A DNA stretch of 64,000 nucleotides from Octopus sinensis (taxonomy: Eukaryota), in the NCBI RefSeq assembly GCF_006345805.1, contig NW_021826031.1:496001-560000 (forward strand), written 5' to 3'. Below, piece after piece: positions 1 to 13,039 of this stretch. The position numbers and the translations under genes are program-made. Below the pieces are notes generated by a model. It did not search any database. It was not told the DNA's origin and worked only from the letters and a program-made list of their open reading frames with translations. Each line of letters opens with the position of its first letter. Positions within the stretch are counted from its first letter, which is position 1.

Positions 1-3000
1 AGACTATCATCTGAGAACACATCTCTGAGGGCTCAGCAAAGAGCTTATAATACTATTGCAGATGATATTTTGCATATAAAATCTGCAGTCAATAAGTATT
101 ACATTTATGGGTATTATCCTTAGAAACGATGATAATGACCGTAAATTTTACGAGAAACGATCGAATGATCTATCCTGCGAGCTTCTTGAATTACGAAATT
201 CTTTATCAAAACTTGAAAAACAAAGTGCAATTGAAAAATTTGATCTGACAGTATTTTTATAATATTTATCTTTTTAGAATCGTGTTGAAGAATCAGACAA
301 AGAACTTATAAAAATCTGTAGTGAATTAGAAATAGCGAAATCTGACATTGTCAAATATCAATCTGAGGTTTTGTAACTTAAAAATATATTTAGATTTCCG
401 CTCTCCGTATTCGATTTGGTACTGAATGCGACATTGGTTTATTTTTGTGAATTAATTGCAAAATAGGTGAAGTCGAGGAGCAGATGAGAAATGAGAAACT
501 ACAGATGACTAAAGAATTGAAAGAAATGAATATTGAACTTGACGGTTTGCATTATTTATTTTTAATTGATTAGGGGTTAGATCTATGTTGAACCTATCAG
601 AACAATCATTACAAGAGTTCAAAGATTTATCAAATAAATATGAATGTGCATTACACGAGCAACTTAAAGTTTGTTAAATTACAATTATTAATTTTTTGAA
701 ATGTTGCTATTTGTGTTATTTTAGGCTACCAAAATGATGGAAGAAAAATATGAAGTTAAAATGAATACCCTTGTTGCTGGTTGGTTTTATTTAATAATTG
801 TTTAAGATTTAACCGATGCCAAAAAAGATCTTAAGACTGTTTCAAACGAACTTGAGAAATCACAATTTGAGAAACTACAGAAAGATGATGAAATACTCAA
901 ATATGTTTGCTTTATCACAATAAACAAAATATATAGAAAAATAAACTCGACGAAATAAAGACTGAATACTCTAGTATTCAACAATTAAAAGAAAAATTAA
1001 CCCTTCAAGAATTTGAAATGGTCAAACTACTTCAATCACGTGATGAAATAATTGCACAAAAACAAGAAAGATATCAAGAAGAAATAAAAAGACACGCAGA
1101 GCACGTAAATGAATTAGATTTGTTAAAAAATGAAGTTATTTTGATTTTAATTATTTTTATAGCTGGAAACTACATTATCAATATGTGCAGATATCATATC
1201 CCAGCTGAATGCAACTAGATTCGATTTCACAGTTATTAATGTTTTTTTATTATTAATTAAATTCTAGACTAAATTTCAAAATTCGGAAAATAATTTCAAG
1301 TCCACAATTGGTGATTTAGAAAATAGAAATTCTGAATTAACTGATATTAATACTTCTTTATTGTTACAATTGGAAGAAGTTTACATAATAGCGAAATGTT
1401 TAGGCTGCTAATCACTATTCGAAGACTAATACCGTAAAAACTTATGATGGAGTTCAGAGTGACGAATTGTTTAACACAGATGTCAGTTCTTCACCTGATA
1501 AATTAATGGAAGTGATCAAGTAAGTAATTCAGTTTTATTTTTTATAAAATTAAATATTTATTTAATTTTCTAGATATTTGAGGAGGAGGAAAGATCTCTT
1601 AACCGCACAGTATGAATTATTATCTTCCGAGAACAATCGAAATGTCACAAACCTCTCTATTGCTAATAAAGAAATTGAATTAGCATATAAAAGAATAGGT
1701 GAATTGACATCAGAAGTTGAGGTTTTCTCTTTTGTGTAATAAACTTTATAGTCAAATTCTCTATATATTTCTGAATTTCTAAAACAAAAGAACGAGACCG
1801 AAGAGTTCAAAAATCTTCGTAGTCGTAACGATATCTTAATTGGTGAAAAGAAAATAACTGAGGATATAATTTCTAATAACAAAAAAGAAGTATTTCTCAA
1901 ATTTTACAGAATTTCGCTTTAGATTGAAAAGTTACAAGCAAATTTACATGAAAAAGAATTACTCTATCATCAGACTTTGGCATTAGTGGAAGCACTCAAA
2001 AATACAAACCAGAATATTGTATCCGAAAATGCGCATTGGAGGAATCGTGTGTCAAATTTGATTGGCGAAAAAGAAGATTTAGAATATATTAAATTAAGAG
2101 ATAAAATGTATTCATCTGTTTTTGGATTTTTAATCTATTATAGGTCTCAGTGCGAACTTTTAGAATGTGAGCTTGAGACTGTTAAATCAGCATTTTCTAC
2201 TTTAAGGTTTAAATTGAAATTAACCATTCCTATTAGTTCTGAACGTGACGACTTTATTGATAAAATCGAAAATCTTGAGGTTCAACTTTCTGATTTAGAG
2301 AAATTACGATCTTCTGAAATGTATTCGAAAACGAATTTTATATTCTAGTGACACTGTCAAAGAATTAAACACAAAGAATGCCACTTTATCTGAAACTATT
2401 TCAAAAGTAACGAATTATTTAAAAATCGATAGTTGAGAAAACTCGGTCGTGATTATAGAAATCAATGTGAAAGTTTGAAATCTGAAAATGCCTCTTTAAT
2501 CAAAAATACCTCCGAAAAAATTTCTGTAAAATATAAGTCTTTATTATATTAGAGTGCAATAAAAGAAAGTGAAAACGAATCTTTTAAGCTAATCTCGTCA
2601 ATCAATGAACAAAATGTTGTTTTACAAAAGGAATTGGATACGATTAAGGAAATTAATAAAACTGTAGAAGGTTTTAGTAATTTTTATTTTGTATTTTCAT
2701 AGATAAGAATAGCGAGTTAACATTATTACTTGATGACAAAAATTGCCGAATAAATATTCTTGAACTAACTGTTATTTTTGTATCAATTTATATTAGGTTA
2801 ACCGACATTTGGCTGCTAATCGGTCCCATGGAACATTAAAAACAGAAGATAATAATGATGATAAAACTTACAAAATGTTCGAAAATAAATCATTTTCGGG
2901 AGTACCTAACTGTGAACAACAATGTTGTTATAAAATTATTAATCCATAGCTAAAACTTCTACTCGAATTACGGAATTATTTGGAAAGCGGGGTTTGACCT

Positions 3001-3556
3001 CAGTCGATACTGAGGATGTTCAAATGTTTTAACTTATAGATGTTAAACTTTAGAGAAGATACAGATTCTTATTCAAAAAGACAAAGAGTTGAAGATGAAT
3101 TAGACTACGAGCCATCGGAAGGCGGTTTATTTATTCAATTTATTAAATCAGAACTTTCGTGTTCAGAGGAAACCTTGTTAATTGACAATGCGGTTTGAAT
3201 ATTTAAAATAAATAGATAGTGGGACTTGGATAAAAATGCAACAACCGAGGAACAAAACGTATTTATATTGTGTAAATCCTGTAGTCAAATACGGAAACAT
3301 TAAATACACCAATCGCAGGCTCTCTTCGATCACCAAATCACGATACTGAAAAGCAAGAATTGTTAATAATTTAATTTGTTAGTTCTAAAGTTGAAGATAC
3401 TCGAATTTTTGTGGATAATCCAATAACTAATGAAGAAATCTCATTAAGAAAAGAGCCACGTAATTTATCTATGATCACTATTTAATAGCCTTACGACGTC
3501 CACCTGGAGACAATTGGAGAAAAGGATTCCCACGTTTGAAGCGATTTGGACGCTAA
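1..3556 (+). CDS. TPR: Nucleoprotein TPR/Megator/Mlp1-like coiled-coil nuclear basket protein (3' part, 5' end outside window; many AT-rich micro-introns)
   Basis: Spliced peptides QKQERYQEEIKRHAEHVNEL, LMEVIKYLRRRKDLLTAQYELLSSEN and HWRNRVSNLIGEKEDLEYIKL resemble TPR segments ([48 protein letters not shown]). Stop TAA at 3554-3556. Confidence 0.75.
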
Positions 3557-3636
3557 ATTTATAAAAATTTTGTTGTTAGTTTGAGTTTTTTTTAATTTTT
3601 GTAAGTTTATTAATAAAAAAAACTTAAGAAAACTGG

Positions 3637-4720
3637 TCATTGGCAGATAGCCAGAGTATTGCCTCTGACTATGGCTATTCGTTCTGTTAAATACCGGTGC
3701 TCAGAGGGGTCGCCGGTAACCCTTTCCATTAGTGAGCCAATCCGCAGGAGTAGGCTTCGAGTAAAAGACCCCAGTATTCCTGACGTTTCAACAGCCAGGG
3801 GGACAAACACTCTGCCATTCCCAATTCCAGCGTATTTCTCACCCTTTCTTTTCTCAGCCCGTTTAGACGGGATTTCTCCCGGATTTTCGATACTCAATTG
3901 GATATTCTGATTGGAAAAGGAGTTAACGCACGTGACGTCCCAAACCAGACACTTTCCCTTTCAAAAAGGAAAGGTGGTCATCCCATCGGGTTCCAATTGT
4001 GGAATCCAGCAGTTCGGAGAGATCGACAGATGATCTGGTTCAGTTCGGAATGTCGTGAGGAACGTCCAATTTTGTTTCGGCATGAGAGGGAGTGATATCC
4101 AAACTCGTCGGTTCACACGCGTTTTGCATTGGTGTTGTGCATAAACTGATAGACCGAGGCGTAGACAGGCTCCAATTCTTACGGATTCATCATTAAGGGG
4201 AAGGTACATCCAGATAGCAGTTTGTCGAATTCGGTCATCTATTTCCGAAAGGAAAGTTCGTCCGTGTTGACATTCACAATTTCACATTTGCTGCAGTTGA
4301 ATTCAAGCCCCAGCGCTCCGAAATTAAACACAAGCGACTTCAGCGTTTTTAAGATGCTTTTGGGGGTTCCTCCAATTACTCCATCATCCAAATACCACAT
4401 GTTAAGGTCAGTTTTACACGATCTCGTTGTTTGGTGGATTGCGAGGGAGAATAAGAGAGGACCTAGAGGGTTACCTTGTTGAACTCCATTGGCAGAATCA
4501 AGTATGGTTGTCCCGAATATAAGCGCGGAAGGCTTGGAGTATGCCAAGTTGACAATCGATAGGATGCACGGAATTACTTTGGCCCAGGCTTCAAGGATAC
4601 AGTCTCTTCTAACATAATTAAATGCATTCTTTAAGTCGATCTTGGCCAGAATTCGTTGGGAATCGGTGAAAGAGTTAACAAACTGGACCCCGGTCTCAGC
4701 GCCTCCTCGGATACAAGAAA
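3637..4720 (-). mobile_element. Degenerate CRE-like non-LTR retrotransposon (RT plus restriction-like endonuclease)
   Basis: GVQQGNPLGPLLF, WYLDDG, EPDGMT, FVPLAVETSG and RIAIVRGN motifs; frameshifts and deletions. Confidence 0.75.
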
Positions 4721-5104
4721 GATGGAAAAAATTCCCACAGGTCGTTCTTGCATACTATTTTTTAAGAACCCAACACAGAAGAAATGAAAAAACAACCATT
4801 ACATGTAACTTCATTTAACCTAAGAAATTCACATAAACAACAGCCAATCAACTTTTACAATGGAGAGTGTCTTTTGAAGACTTATGATCTGGATGCTCTA
4901 TTCCGGTAATAAAAGAAATCATCTAGATAGGCAATTTTTGATTTGAAAGTAGATTTGAGATTAAGAAATACAGATTAACGTCCTTGAAAGAGAAATTAGT
5001 CTGTTTACCAAGACCCGACTCTATCTTCCCCATTCTAATGATAAGACGAGCTCTTTTTAATCAAATCTATGTTGCGGAATGTAAAAATTCTGATCTCTCA
5101 ATTC

Positions 5105-5185
5105 CAAAAATACTCGCGCCAGCGCATCGGCCTGGCCATTGTTCGGGGCAACGCACACTGCGTCCTCGCCGCTGGAACTTAACGA
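5105..5185 (+). mobile_element. 3' tip of a CRE-like element
   Basis: Translates QRIGLAIVRGNAHCVL followed by a stop, the typical C-terminus of this family. Confidence 0.5.
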
Positions 5186-6101
5186 TTTTCGGTGTTAGTT
5201 GTTTTCTATAGGGGATTAAGGTCTTAATTTAAACGGTGGTTATAATTTCCCAAAATTTGGTATTGCTAATACGCATTTTTCTTTTTGTTTTGTATAAAAG
5301 AGTTTTGGGAGGGGCGTCCGACAAGGCTGTATTCTATCCCCGCTACTGTTTAATATTTACACGGAGTAAGTCATGGAGGAGTTAAATTGCGAAAATGATA
5401 TCGGAATCAAGATTGGTGGCCTCAACATAAATAATCTCCGTTATGCAGACGATACTACTTTGCTGCCTGAAACAGAGGATGGCTTGAGGCAATTAATTAC
5501 GAGAGTCAAAGACAACAGTGCCTCTTTGGCCTATTCCTAAATGTGAAAAAACCAAAATAATGACAACTTCACTGTCTGGAAAAATTAGTGTCATCGTCGA
5601 CGACGAAGAAATAGAATGTGTTGAAAGTTATATCTTTCTTGGAAGTCTGATAACCAGAGATGGTGGTTGTGTCTCAGAAATTAATGGACGGATGGCTATG
5701 TGTAAGAGTACGATGATAAAACTGAATCGGATCTGGAGTAGCAAGAATGTTTGGTACTTTTTTATTTCATGAATCACGAAAATAGGCACTAAATTAATTA
5801 ATGAAAATTTATTTGAATATAAGAGGAAAAATTAAAAAAATAAACTATGCCGATTTTGTAAATATTATTATAAATTTTTTTTAAAAAAATTTTGAAATTT
5901 TTTGACTTAGTGGTGTAAATTTTGAATTCTAAAGTCTAAATAAGATATTATTAGGAAAAAGGTAAGTTAGATCTACGGATTGAAACGTTCGGTTGGCAAA
6001 ATTGCACGATTGCGTCCAACAATTCGTCGAATGCGTTGTCCAAATGGCTCACTTGCCTTCTCCATAAAATTCTACAAATTAATCTAAATATTTAATCTGC
6101 A

Positions 6102-6940
6102 GGTACATATGTAGTAGTTGGCGGCCACTTTTTAGCGAGAAGATCTTTTGTTGAATAACCCTTCCAGCAGTCTGATATGAGAATGGTGCCTTCTTCTAAC
6201 ATTCTCAAGAATAGCCTTCGTAAGGTTCTTCATTGTTCTGTCAGGTATTGCTTCTAAGAAGCATTGGTTCGTTTCTCTGCAGATTCCGCCGAAAACCCAT
6301 TGCTCAGGCAACATTCTGCCTCTGTTGTATTTCCTTTTTGAAAAATGACTTTCGTCAATTTCCACATCATTCCTTCACCCCTATTATATTATAAATTTAC
6401 GCACACCTATTTTGGATCTCTGACGAGATGTCAATGATAGCATGCAAATTTCACGCATGTACATTGACCAGTCCACGGTTGTATGTGAAGCCCAACCAAG
6501 ATTTTCCATGCATATCTCCATAGAGATATATTTTTTGCCCCACGTAGACAAACCGGATTATATCTTCGAATGGTACTTTGGTTCCTGCTAACCACGTTCC
6601 TGTTGAGTTTTAATGATATAAATACCAGTTTTTAGACTCGATTTACTTCGACAGCCCCTTCTGTAGCAATTCCAAGCCGGAGAGCTGCCAATGTTTAAAG
6701 TCATTTGGTGTCCGTGCGACACACTTTTTTTGGGATGATTCCTCTGGATTGCATGAAATTGATAGCTTCTGACATATTTGTGGTAGATTGAATATTGACC
6801 TCACTTCTCATTTAAATTAAGTAGCGTGGGATTTTATTATTTTTTATATTGTATTATTTTTAATTATATATTTTTTTAACTAAAAAAATATAGTTTTTAA
6901 AATTCGCTAAAAAGTGGCCGCCAACTACTACATATGTACC
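6102..6940 (-). mobile_element. Second Merlin element nested in the first; 3'-truncated transposase with two 26-nt introns
   Basis: Perfect 37-bp TIR ggtacatatgtagtagttggcggccactttttagcga; imperfect 9-bp TSD taatctgca/taccctgca; motif EIDESHFSKRKYNRGRMLPEQWVFGGICRET. Confidence 0.9.
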
Positions 6941-6985
6941 TACCCTGCAAAGTATTCACCATATAGTGGCGTGCGGTTCCTCTTT

Positions 6986-7020
6986 GTTAGGGTTGGGGTT
7001 AGGGTCGGGGTTAGGGTTAG
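6986..7020 (+). repeat. Interstitial telomere-like tract (TTAGGG/TTGGGG/TCGGGG, about 6 units)
   Basis: Sequence gttagggttggggttagggtcggggttagggttag. Confidence 0.8.
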
Positions 7021-7943
7021 TACTCTAAAGTACTCTCTTATTACACCGTTTCGGACAGAACTTGAAAATTCGACACTCGCTTTTATCGCACACCCAAGTT
7101 GTACCATGTCGCTTTAGGGTCATCAGATGTCTTTTGGCGCATTTCTTTTCGGTTGGAATGATTCCAACCTCCTGAAGGAAGGCTACGAACTTCATCTCAG
7201 AGCGAGGGAGTTCGTAGTCCTTCAATTTTGCGTATTTTCTCATCCCAACGTGACCGTCCATCCACACAACCGATTAAAAAATTCAAAATTTTATTTAAAA
7301 AAATTTATAATAATATTTACAAAATCGGCATTGTTCATTTTTTTTAATTTTTCCTCTAATATTCAAATAAATTTTCATTAATTAATTTAGTGCCTATTTT
7401 CGTGATTCATGAAATAGAAAAGAACCGGATGTTTCTCTCAAGACAAAGATAAGACTAGTCAACACGATTGTGTTTCCCGTTTTTCTCTATGGCTGTGAAT
7501 CTTGGACACTGTCCAAAGCTCACAGCAAAAGAGTGGACTCACTGGAATTATGGTGCTGGCGCAAACTTTTGAACATAAATTGGTACGGACAAAGTGTCAA
7601 ATGTCGTTGTTTCTCGAGGATTAAACCTACACTATCGCTTGTGGCGAAAGTTTAAAAGCAACAATTATCATATTTGGGGCACGGCTTGTTCGGGTGAATG
7701 GTATAGGAAAAGAAATCTGCTGTCTTCGTTCGCTGGAAAAAGAAGCAGGTAGACCGAAACTAAACTGGACATCGGAAGTAGTGAAACTTACCGGACATCA
7801 TTTGTCGGAAATAGCAGAGCTGGTGAGGGATAGAGTTTCGTGGAGGGACTTGTCTTACAGAATCGCCAATGGCCGGAATCGGCTGAATATGGCTTAACTT
7901 AACTTTAACTTATAAAAGAGTTTAACCGAGTCTTTATCTAGGC

Positions 7944-8557
7944 CAGTGATTCTCAAGTGCTGCCCCTAGGATTTAATTAGGCTTATGTTTCTATAAATAT
8001 TTTATTTTTTCAAAACGGCAAATATTTACATCGGAATGTTGTTTGCCCCCTGTTTTCTATATTGCACAAAAGTTACCTTCAAGTAACGATACTGTTACTC
8101 TTGTCTCAAAAGCTTAATTTCTTTTATTTTTATATGTAGATTTTATCAACTTCTTCCTAAAATCATTTTAATCACTGAAAATAAAGTGGACAATGCATTA
8201 TTGAAAGAGAATGGATGGGTAGCATATTTAACATTTTATGTGGATCTATCGGTAAATCTCTCTACCCTAAATGTCGAACTACAGGGGGAAAATAAGCTAA
8301 ATTCCAGAGAACCGATTTCCGAATCTATAATGCAAAGTAAAATTTAGCGATGTTTGGATCAACATATGTATGCGAATCGACATTTAGCAAACTTGTTCAA
8401 ATTAAAACAAAGTTTCGCAGCAGATTGACTGATAGTCATCTAAGTGATTTGTTACGTACTTCAACTAATGAATTAAATCTAATTTTGATTATTTAGTTAA
8501 TAAATAATTGTTAAAAATTATTTACGGCCCCTGATTAAAGAAGCTTAAGAATCACTG
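7944..8557 (+). mobile_element. Non-autonomous hAT (Charlie/Buster/SPIN-like) element
   Basis: TIR cagtgattctcaag / cttaagaatcactg; perfect 8-bp TSD atctaggc; dimerisation-domain remnant MFGSTYVCESTFSKLVQIKTKFRSRLTD. Confidence 0.9.
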
Positions 8558-8699
8558 ATCTAGGCTAATGATATTCTAATACAGAATAAATCAGCTAGCC
8601 TTGGCGATTGATCAAACAAGTTGATAAAATAAAATACTGATGTTCATCAAAAGCCTTATTTGTGGCATCAGACAAATCGACAGTGAAGCATATTTTTAG

Positions 8700-9130
8700 A
8701 AAGAAAAATTATATAAAAACTAATAGTATATTATCTACATTCAAACAAAAATTGGAAAGTAATTATCTTGGAGTTGTATGCCAAAATAATTGGATTTCAA
8801 AATAACATGGATGCGAAAACTTTCATTTTTGCCTACAAGTCTGTGGTGAAGTCAATATTATTATATGGATGCAAAAGCTGGGTATTCTCAGATAAAAGCA
8901 AAGGGATTTTCAACTTGCTTGACAAAAAATGAAATGTGCATTGAAGTTAGATTTCACTAAAAGAGTTAGCACACCATTGATTGAGTCAAAAAAATTCGGT
9001 GGATTGCTTCAATAATTTAATTGAGGATCTGAAAATAAACTTCTTACTTAAAGTAGAATAATTAGGGTACGGTAAAAATTACGAAGAGACAATCGAATGT
9101 CTCATAAAAGCACCAATCACCGATCCCCTA
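8700..9130 (+). mobile_element. Highly decayed non-LTR RT tail fragment
   Basis: YLGV and KSVVKSILLYGCKSW-like motifs interrupted by stops. Confidence 0.45.
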
Positions 9131-10079
9131 GTTAATTTTTATTTTTTTGTTTGTTTTAAATAATAATATTCAGGTTATTTAACCTGATATTATCAAAATC
9201 AGCGTTACTGTTATTTTCTCCGATTTTAAGTTTAAAAATTTGTACCGTGCATTCAATGAACCACTTTGTTAATGGAATGACAATTATTATTATTTATGCA
9301 CTTTCGCGATGCCATAGATTTTAACAAAACTTGTGGAGCACAGGAAACAATAATAAGTCTAATCCATTTCCCTCTGTCTTGACGACGTCCCGCAATGCAT
9401 GGTCGTTTCCGTCCTTTAGATTTTTTCCCATCCTCTGGAGGTTTCTGTACAGTGTAACCAGGAGAATATTTCTTGCACGTCTACGGAAACGTAGGCTATC
9501 TGCTTCGAAATAGTCCTCCATGGCGGTGTTTGCCGGTGCCTCCAAATCCATGATGTATTCGAATAGCCTTCACCTGCATTCTATAATTTCGAGAGAGATT
9601 GGTTTGCTTGACGGGCTGGAATAAACTATTTTACTACTGAACTTCGAATGCCATTTGGAGGCTAGAGTACGCCGAAGTTGCTCTCTATGGAACGAGTCTA
9701 GATTGTGATTTTCCGTATCATAAAGTCCCTATGTTCCAGCATTATAGACAGGATCGTTTTCACTAGTGAATTGTATAAGCGTATTTGTATTTGTGTACTG
9801 AGTCCTTTGCGTTTTAGCCCATTTTCTATTAGGCCACGTAATGCGCTGTTTGCGTGTGTTTTCCGCATAATTATATCTTGTTTATCTCCAAATAGAGTTT
9901 CAAGTTTCTTAGCTTTTCTCCAGTGTTAATCCAGCTTAAATATTTGGCTCACAAGTTCAATAAATTCATTTTTTCCACATCTACAATGATGAACCACTAC
10001 GCTTTCTAGAGCATTCCTATCGGAGGAAATAAAACCCACGTGATCTGTGTATGCCACCACATTGATCTTTCCTTTATAG

Positions 10080-11373
10080 CAGTGGTTCCCAACCTGGGGT
10101 CCGCGGAACCCTGGGGTTCCGTGGAGCCAGTTTTGGGGTTCCGCGAAATTTATTAAAAATTATTTTTTGCAAAAAACATAAATTGGAATAAATGTGTGGA
10201 TGTTTGTAGCGATGGAGCTAAATGTATGATCGGAAAAATTTCTGAAGAATAAAACAAATGGCTCCTAATTGTACTAGTAGTCATTGCATTCTTCACCGTC
10301 ATGCTCTGGTGTCGAAGAATATTTCCTTTTCATTGAGTGAAGTTTTGGAAGATGCTATCCAAATTATTAATTATGTTAAAAAAAGACCTCTCCAATCTCG
10401 TCTATTTAAAATATTGTGTGATGAAATGGGATACAATCATACATCATTACTTTTCCATTCAGAAGTAAGATGGTTGTCACGTGGAAGGGTACTGCAACGT
10501 TTGTTTGAATTACGAAACGAGCTTATTGTGTTTCTCAAGAAACGAAATTTTTTGATTTACACAAATTTGGAAAACAATATTTGGTTACAGAGACTTGCAT
10601 ATTTGGTTTCAATTTATGAAAAACTGAATAAATTTACATTATCACTACAAGGAAAATATCAGACAATTTTTATTTTGAATGAAAAAGTAATGGCCTTAAA
10701 ACGGAAAATCGAATTTTGGCGATCATCTGTAGATAATAATATTGCATGCTTTGCAGTTTTACAAGAGTATCTCGAAGAATCAAAATCATCATTGGACAAT
10801 ACAGTTCTTCAGGACATCAAAGATCATTTGATGATTTTGGACGATAACATTGCGAAATATTTTCCGGGTAAATTTGATGACGATTGGGTTCAAAACCCAT
10901 TCAAAGTTAAAGTAATACCAGCAGATCTAACATCAATTGAATATGAACATCTTATTGATTTGACATCAGAATCAGCGTCATATCAGTTATATAAAAATGA
11001 ATCCCTTTTTAATTTTTGGAGGGGATACATTTCAAAATATCCAGATATCTCGGAAAAGGCTATACGTAAACTATTACCTTTTCCAACGACTTACTTATGC
11101 GAGTCTGGGTTTTCAATATATACATCCACCGAAACAAAATATAGAAATAAACTTAATGCTTCCGCAGATATGAGGATACAGTTGTCAACAATAACTCCTA
11201 ACGTTACACAACTATGCTATGATAAAAAATCGCCTCAATGTTCACATTAAAATTGTTTTTGGTTATTACTATTATGTTTTAAGTGAAATTATAATAATTG
11301 AATTGGAGGGGTTCCGCAAAAAATAAATTAGCCCAAAAGGGTTCCGCGAGCACCTTAAGGTTGGGAACCACTG
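10080..11373 (+). mobile_element. hAT (Charlie/ZBED5-type) transposon with deleted 5' transposase
   Basis: TIR cagtggttcccaacct / aggttgggaaccactg; perfect 8-bp TSD ctttatag. Confidence 0.95.
10258..11250 (+). CDS. C-terminal half of a hAT transposase (330-aa ORF)
   Basis: HCILHRHAL, EVRWLSRG and LLPFPTTYLCESGFS motifs. Confidence 0.85.
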   Translation: MAPNCTSSHCILHRHALVSKNISFSLSEVLEDAIQIINYVKKRPLQSRLFKILCDEMGYNHTSLLFHSEVRWLSRGRVLQRLFELRNELIVFLKKRNFLIYTNLENNIWLQRLAYLVSIYEKLNKFTLSLQGKYQTIFILNEKVMALKRKIEFWRSSVDNNIACFAVLQEYLEESKSSLDNTVLQDIKDHLMILDDNIAKYFPGKFDDDWVQNPFKVKVIPADLTSIEYEHLIDLTSESASYQLYKNESLFNFWRGYISKYPDISEKAIRKLLPFPTTYLCESGFSIYTSTETKYRNKLNASADMRIQLSTITPNVTQLCYDKKSPQCSH

Positions 11374-12499
11374 CTTTATAGTATGGTTTTAAGTCTCTCA
11401 ATGCAGTTTCCATATATACGACAAACAGCATAAAAAATAACATATCCCCTTGAAGTGTTCCCAATGTTGCTTCAAATGGCTTAGAGTTCTTGTTTCTGAG
11501 AAGAGTGCCCTGATTATCCTGATAGAAGATTCTCCAAGGAATTTTGTAAAGACATCCATAAATTTCTTACGATTGATCGAGTATAAAAGCTCGTGACATA
11601 TCGATTCCATGAATGTTTGTCTCATTTTTGAAACCTTTGAATAATGGAACGTCGCCATCTATGCTCCAAACAACCTCAGAAGTCAATCTTCCTTAACAAA
11701 ATCCCCTATAGAAAGAGTATATAAATAATTCCGCACGAGGCTTTATTCTTTATAGAGTAATAATTGCCAGCACCTTCCGTATGCTATTCATAAGGATTAC
11801 TTGCTTGAGGTTCTCCTCTTTTTCTTTACCTTTGTTCTGCTTTTGGACAGGACCAGTATCTCTCGTCCCAGGGTAGATACTCGATTGTTTTAAACATTGC
11901 GTGGATGAGGTCCGCAATGAGTACATCTAGGTTTTCACTTCCATATTTATGTAGTTCTAATCCTATCCTACCTGGTTTATTGTTTTTGAGCTTACCACAT
12001 GCTCTTTGAACTTTTTCAGGAGTTATTTCCAACACGAATTTTCTGGGATGGCCAGTAAATGCTGCAATTCCTTTGTTTGCTGATGTAAAGTTTCTTGAAG
12101 TGGCTGGCAATTAATTCGGCTGCTTTCACAGAATCTGCGATTTGTCTTCCATTTTCATCTTTTATGATTGGACGTTGTTCGTGTTTACGTCCTCGTAGTG
12201 CTCTGATTGCCTAATACCTACTATGGTGCTTCAGAATTTCCATTGTTAAGATCTGTATCTCAGTCCCGTTTCTTGACATAGAGGAAACGCACATTTTTAT
12301 TTCCTTCTTGATATTTGTTCATTCCCGGGAAAGATTCTCTTTGATCTATTTTTGATTTGTATTTAAATATTGTAACAAAATAGATTTTTGTTTTTGACAA
12401 AGAGTGATATCTCAGTTGTTTTACTTAGTAATGTGCTGAAAATTCTTCAAATCCTGAGAATCTTCAGTTTGAAATGCCAGGAAGGGTTTAGAGGAGGTA

Positions 12500-12770
12500 G
12501 AACAAGTTGATATAGTCTACAATCACTGAAGACGGGTTTCCTTAAGAAAATCAAGTCTATTCGAGGAGAACTCGTTTCAAATCTTGAGGAGAACGGTTGG
12601 AAACACGTGGAGAACTCGTTTCATATCTTGAGACTACGTATTTTGAATCCTTAGTATGAGATAAAAAAAGGGTCTAGTGGAAATAAAACAAGTTAATATA
12701 GTCGACAATCACGGAGGACGATTTTCATGAAAAAATAATATCGATTGGTTGTGCACACGTTGAGAATTCG
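12500..12770. repeat. Diverged local duplication with internal direct repeats
   Basis: aacaagttRatatagtcKacaatcac occurs at about 12501 and 12687; ggagaactcgtttcaWatcttgag occurs twice (about 12565 and 12609). Confidence 0.6.
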
Positions 12771-13039
12771 CATATTAATTTTCTGTTTTCCATAGTGGGT
12801 TTTAAATTGTGAGACGAAATTTTGAAAAATTGTTAAATCCCATTGATTTCTCGAGCATTTCATTAAACTACAAGATATAGTATTTTGCTTCCTCTTTAGA
12901 GCATAGCCTGAAAACTGTTTCTTGCTCTTTTAATCGTGCTTAGAACAATTTAGCAATGATTGACATCTTTTTGATGATTTTGGAACAATTTTAAAAACTA
13001 CTCACCTTCAAAACGATATGAAGGACCTTAGAAAAAAGC

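Larger units (their letters stand above)
5753..7426 (-). mobile_element. Merlin (IS1016/ISXO2-like) DNA transposon, internally deleted, long TIRs (about 130-140 bp)
   Basis: TIRs ggtacttttttatttcatgaatcacgaaaataggcac... and ...gtgcctattttcgtgattcatgaaatagaaaagaacc; 8-bp TSD gaatgttt/ggatgttt. Transposase N-terminal Cys/His motif (about 7240-7045) and C-terminus FLWRR...AFDELLDAI (about 6070-5975) are retained. Confidence 0.85.
5300..7900 (+). mobile_element. RTE-like non-LTR retrotransposon fragment, split by a Merlin insertion at 5753-7426
   Basis: GVRQGCILSPLLFNIY and NNLRYADDT lie before the insertion; KTKIRLVNTIVFPVFLYGCESW and ELWCWRKLL continue after it. Confidence 0.85.
9300..12400 (-). 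mobile_element. Degenerate RTE-like non-LTR retrotransposon, split by a hAT insertion at 10080-11373
   Basis: LKNNKPG, GTLQGD..FMLFVVYMETALRDL, AYTDHV (decayed YADD) and MEDYF...FRRRAR; same family as 29690-30510 and 55000-56500. Confidence 0.75.
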
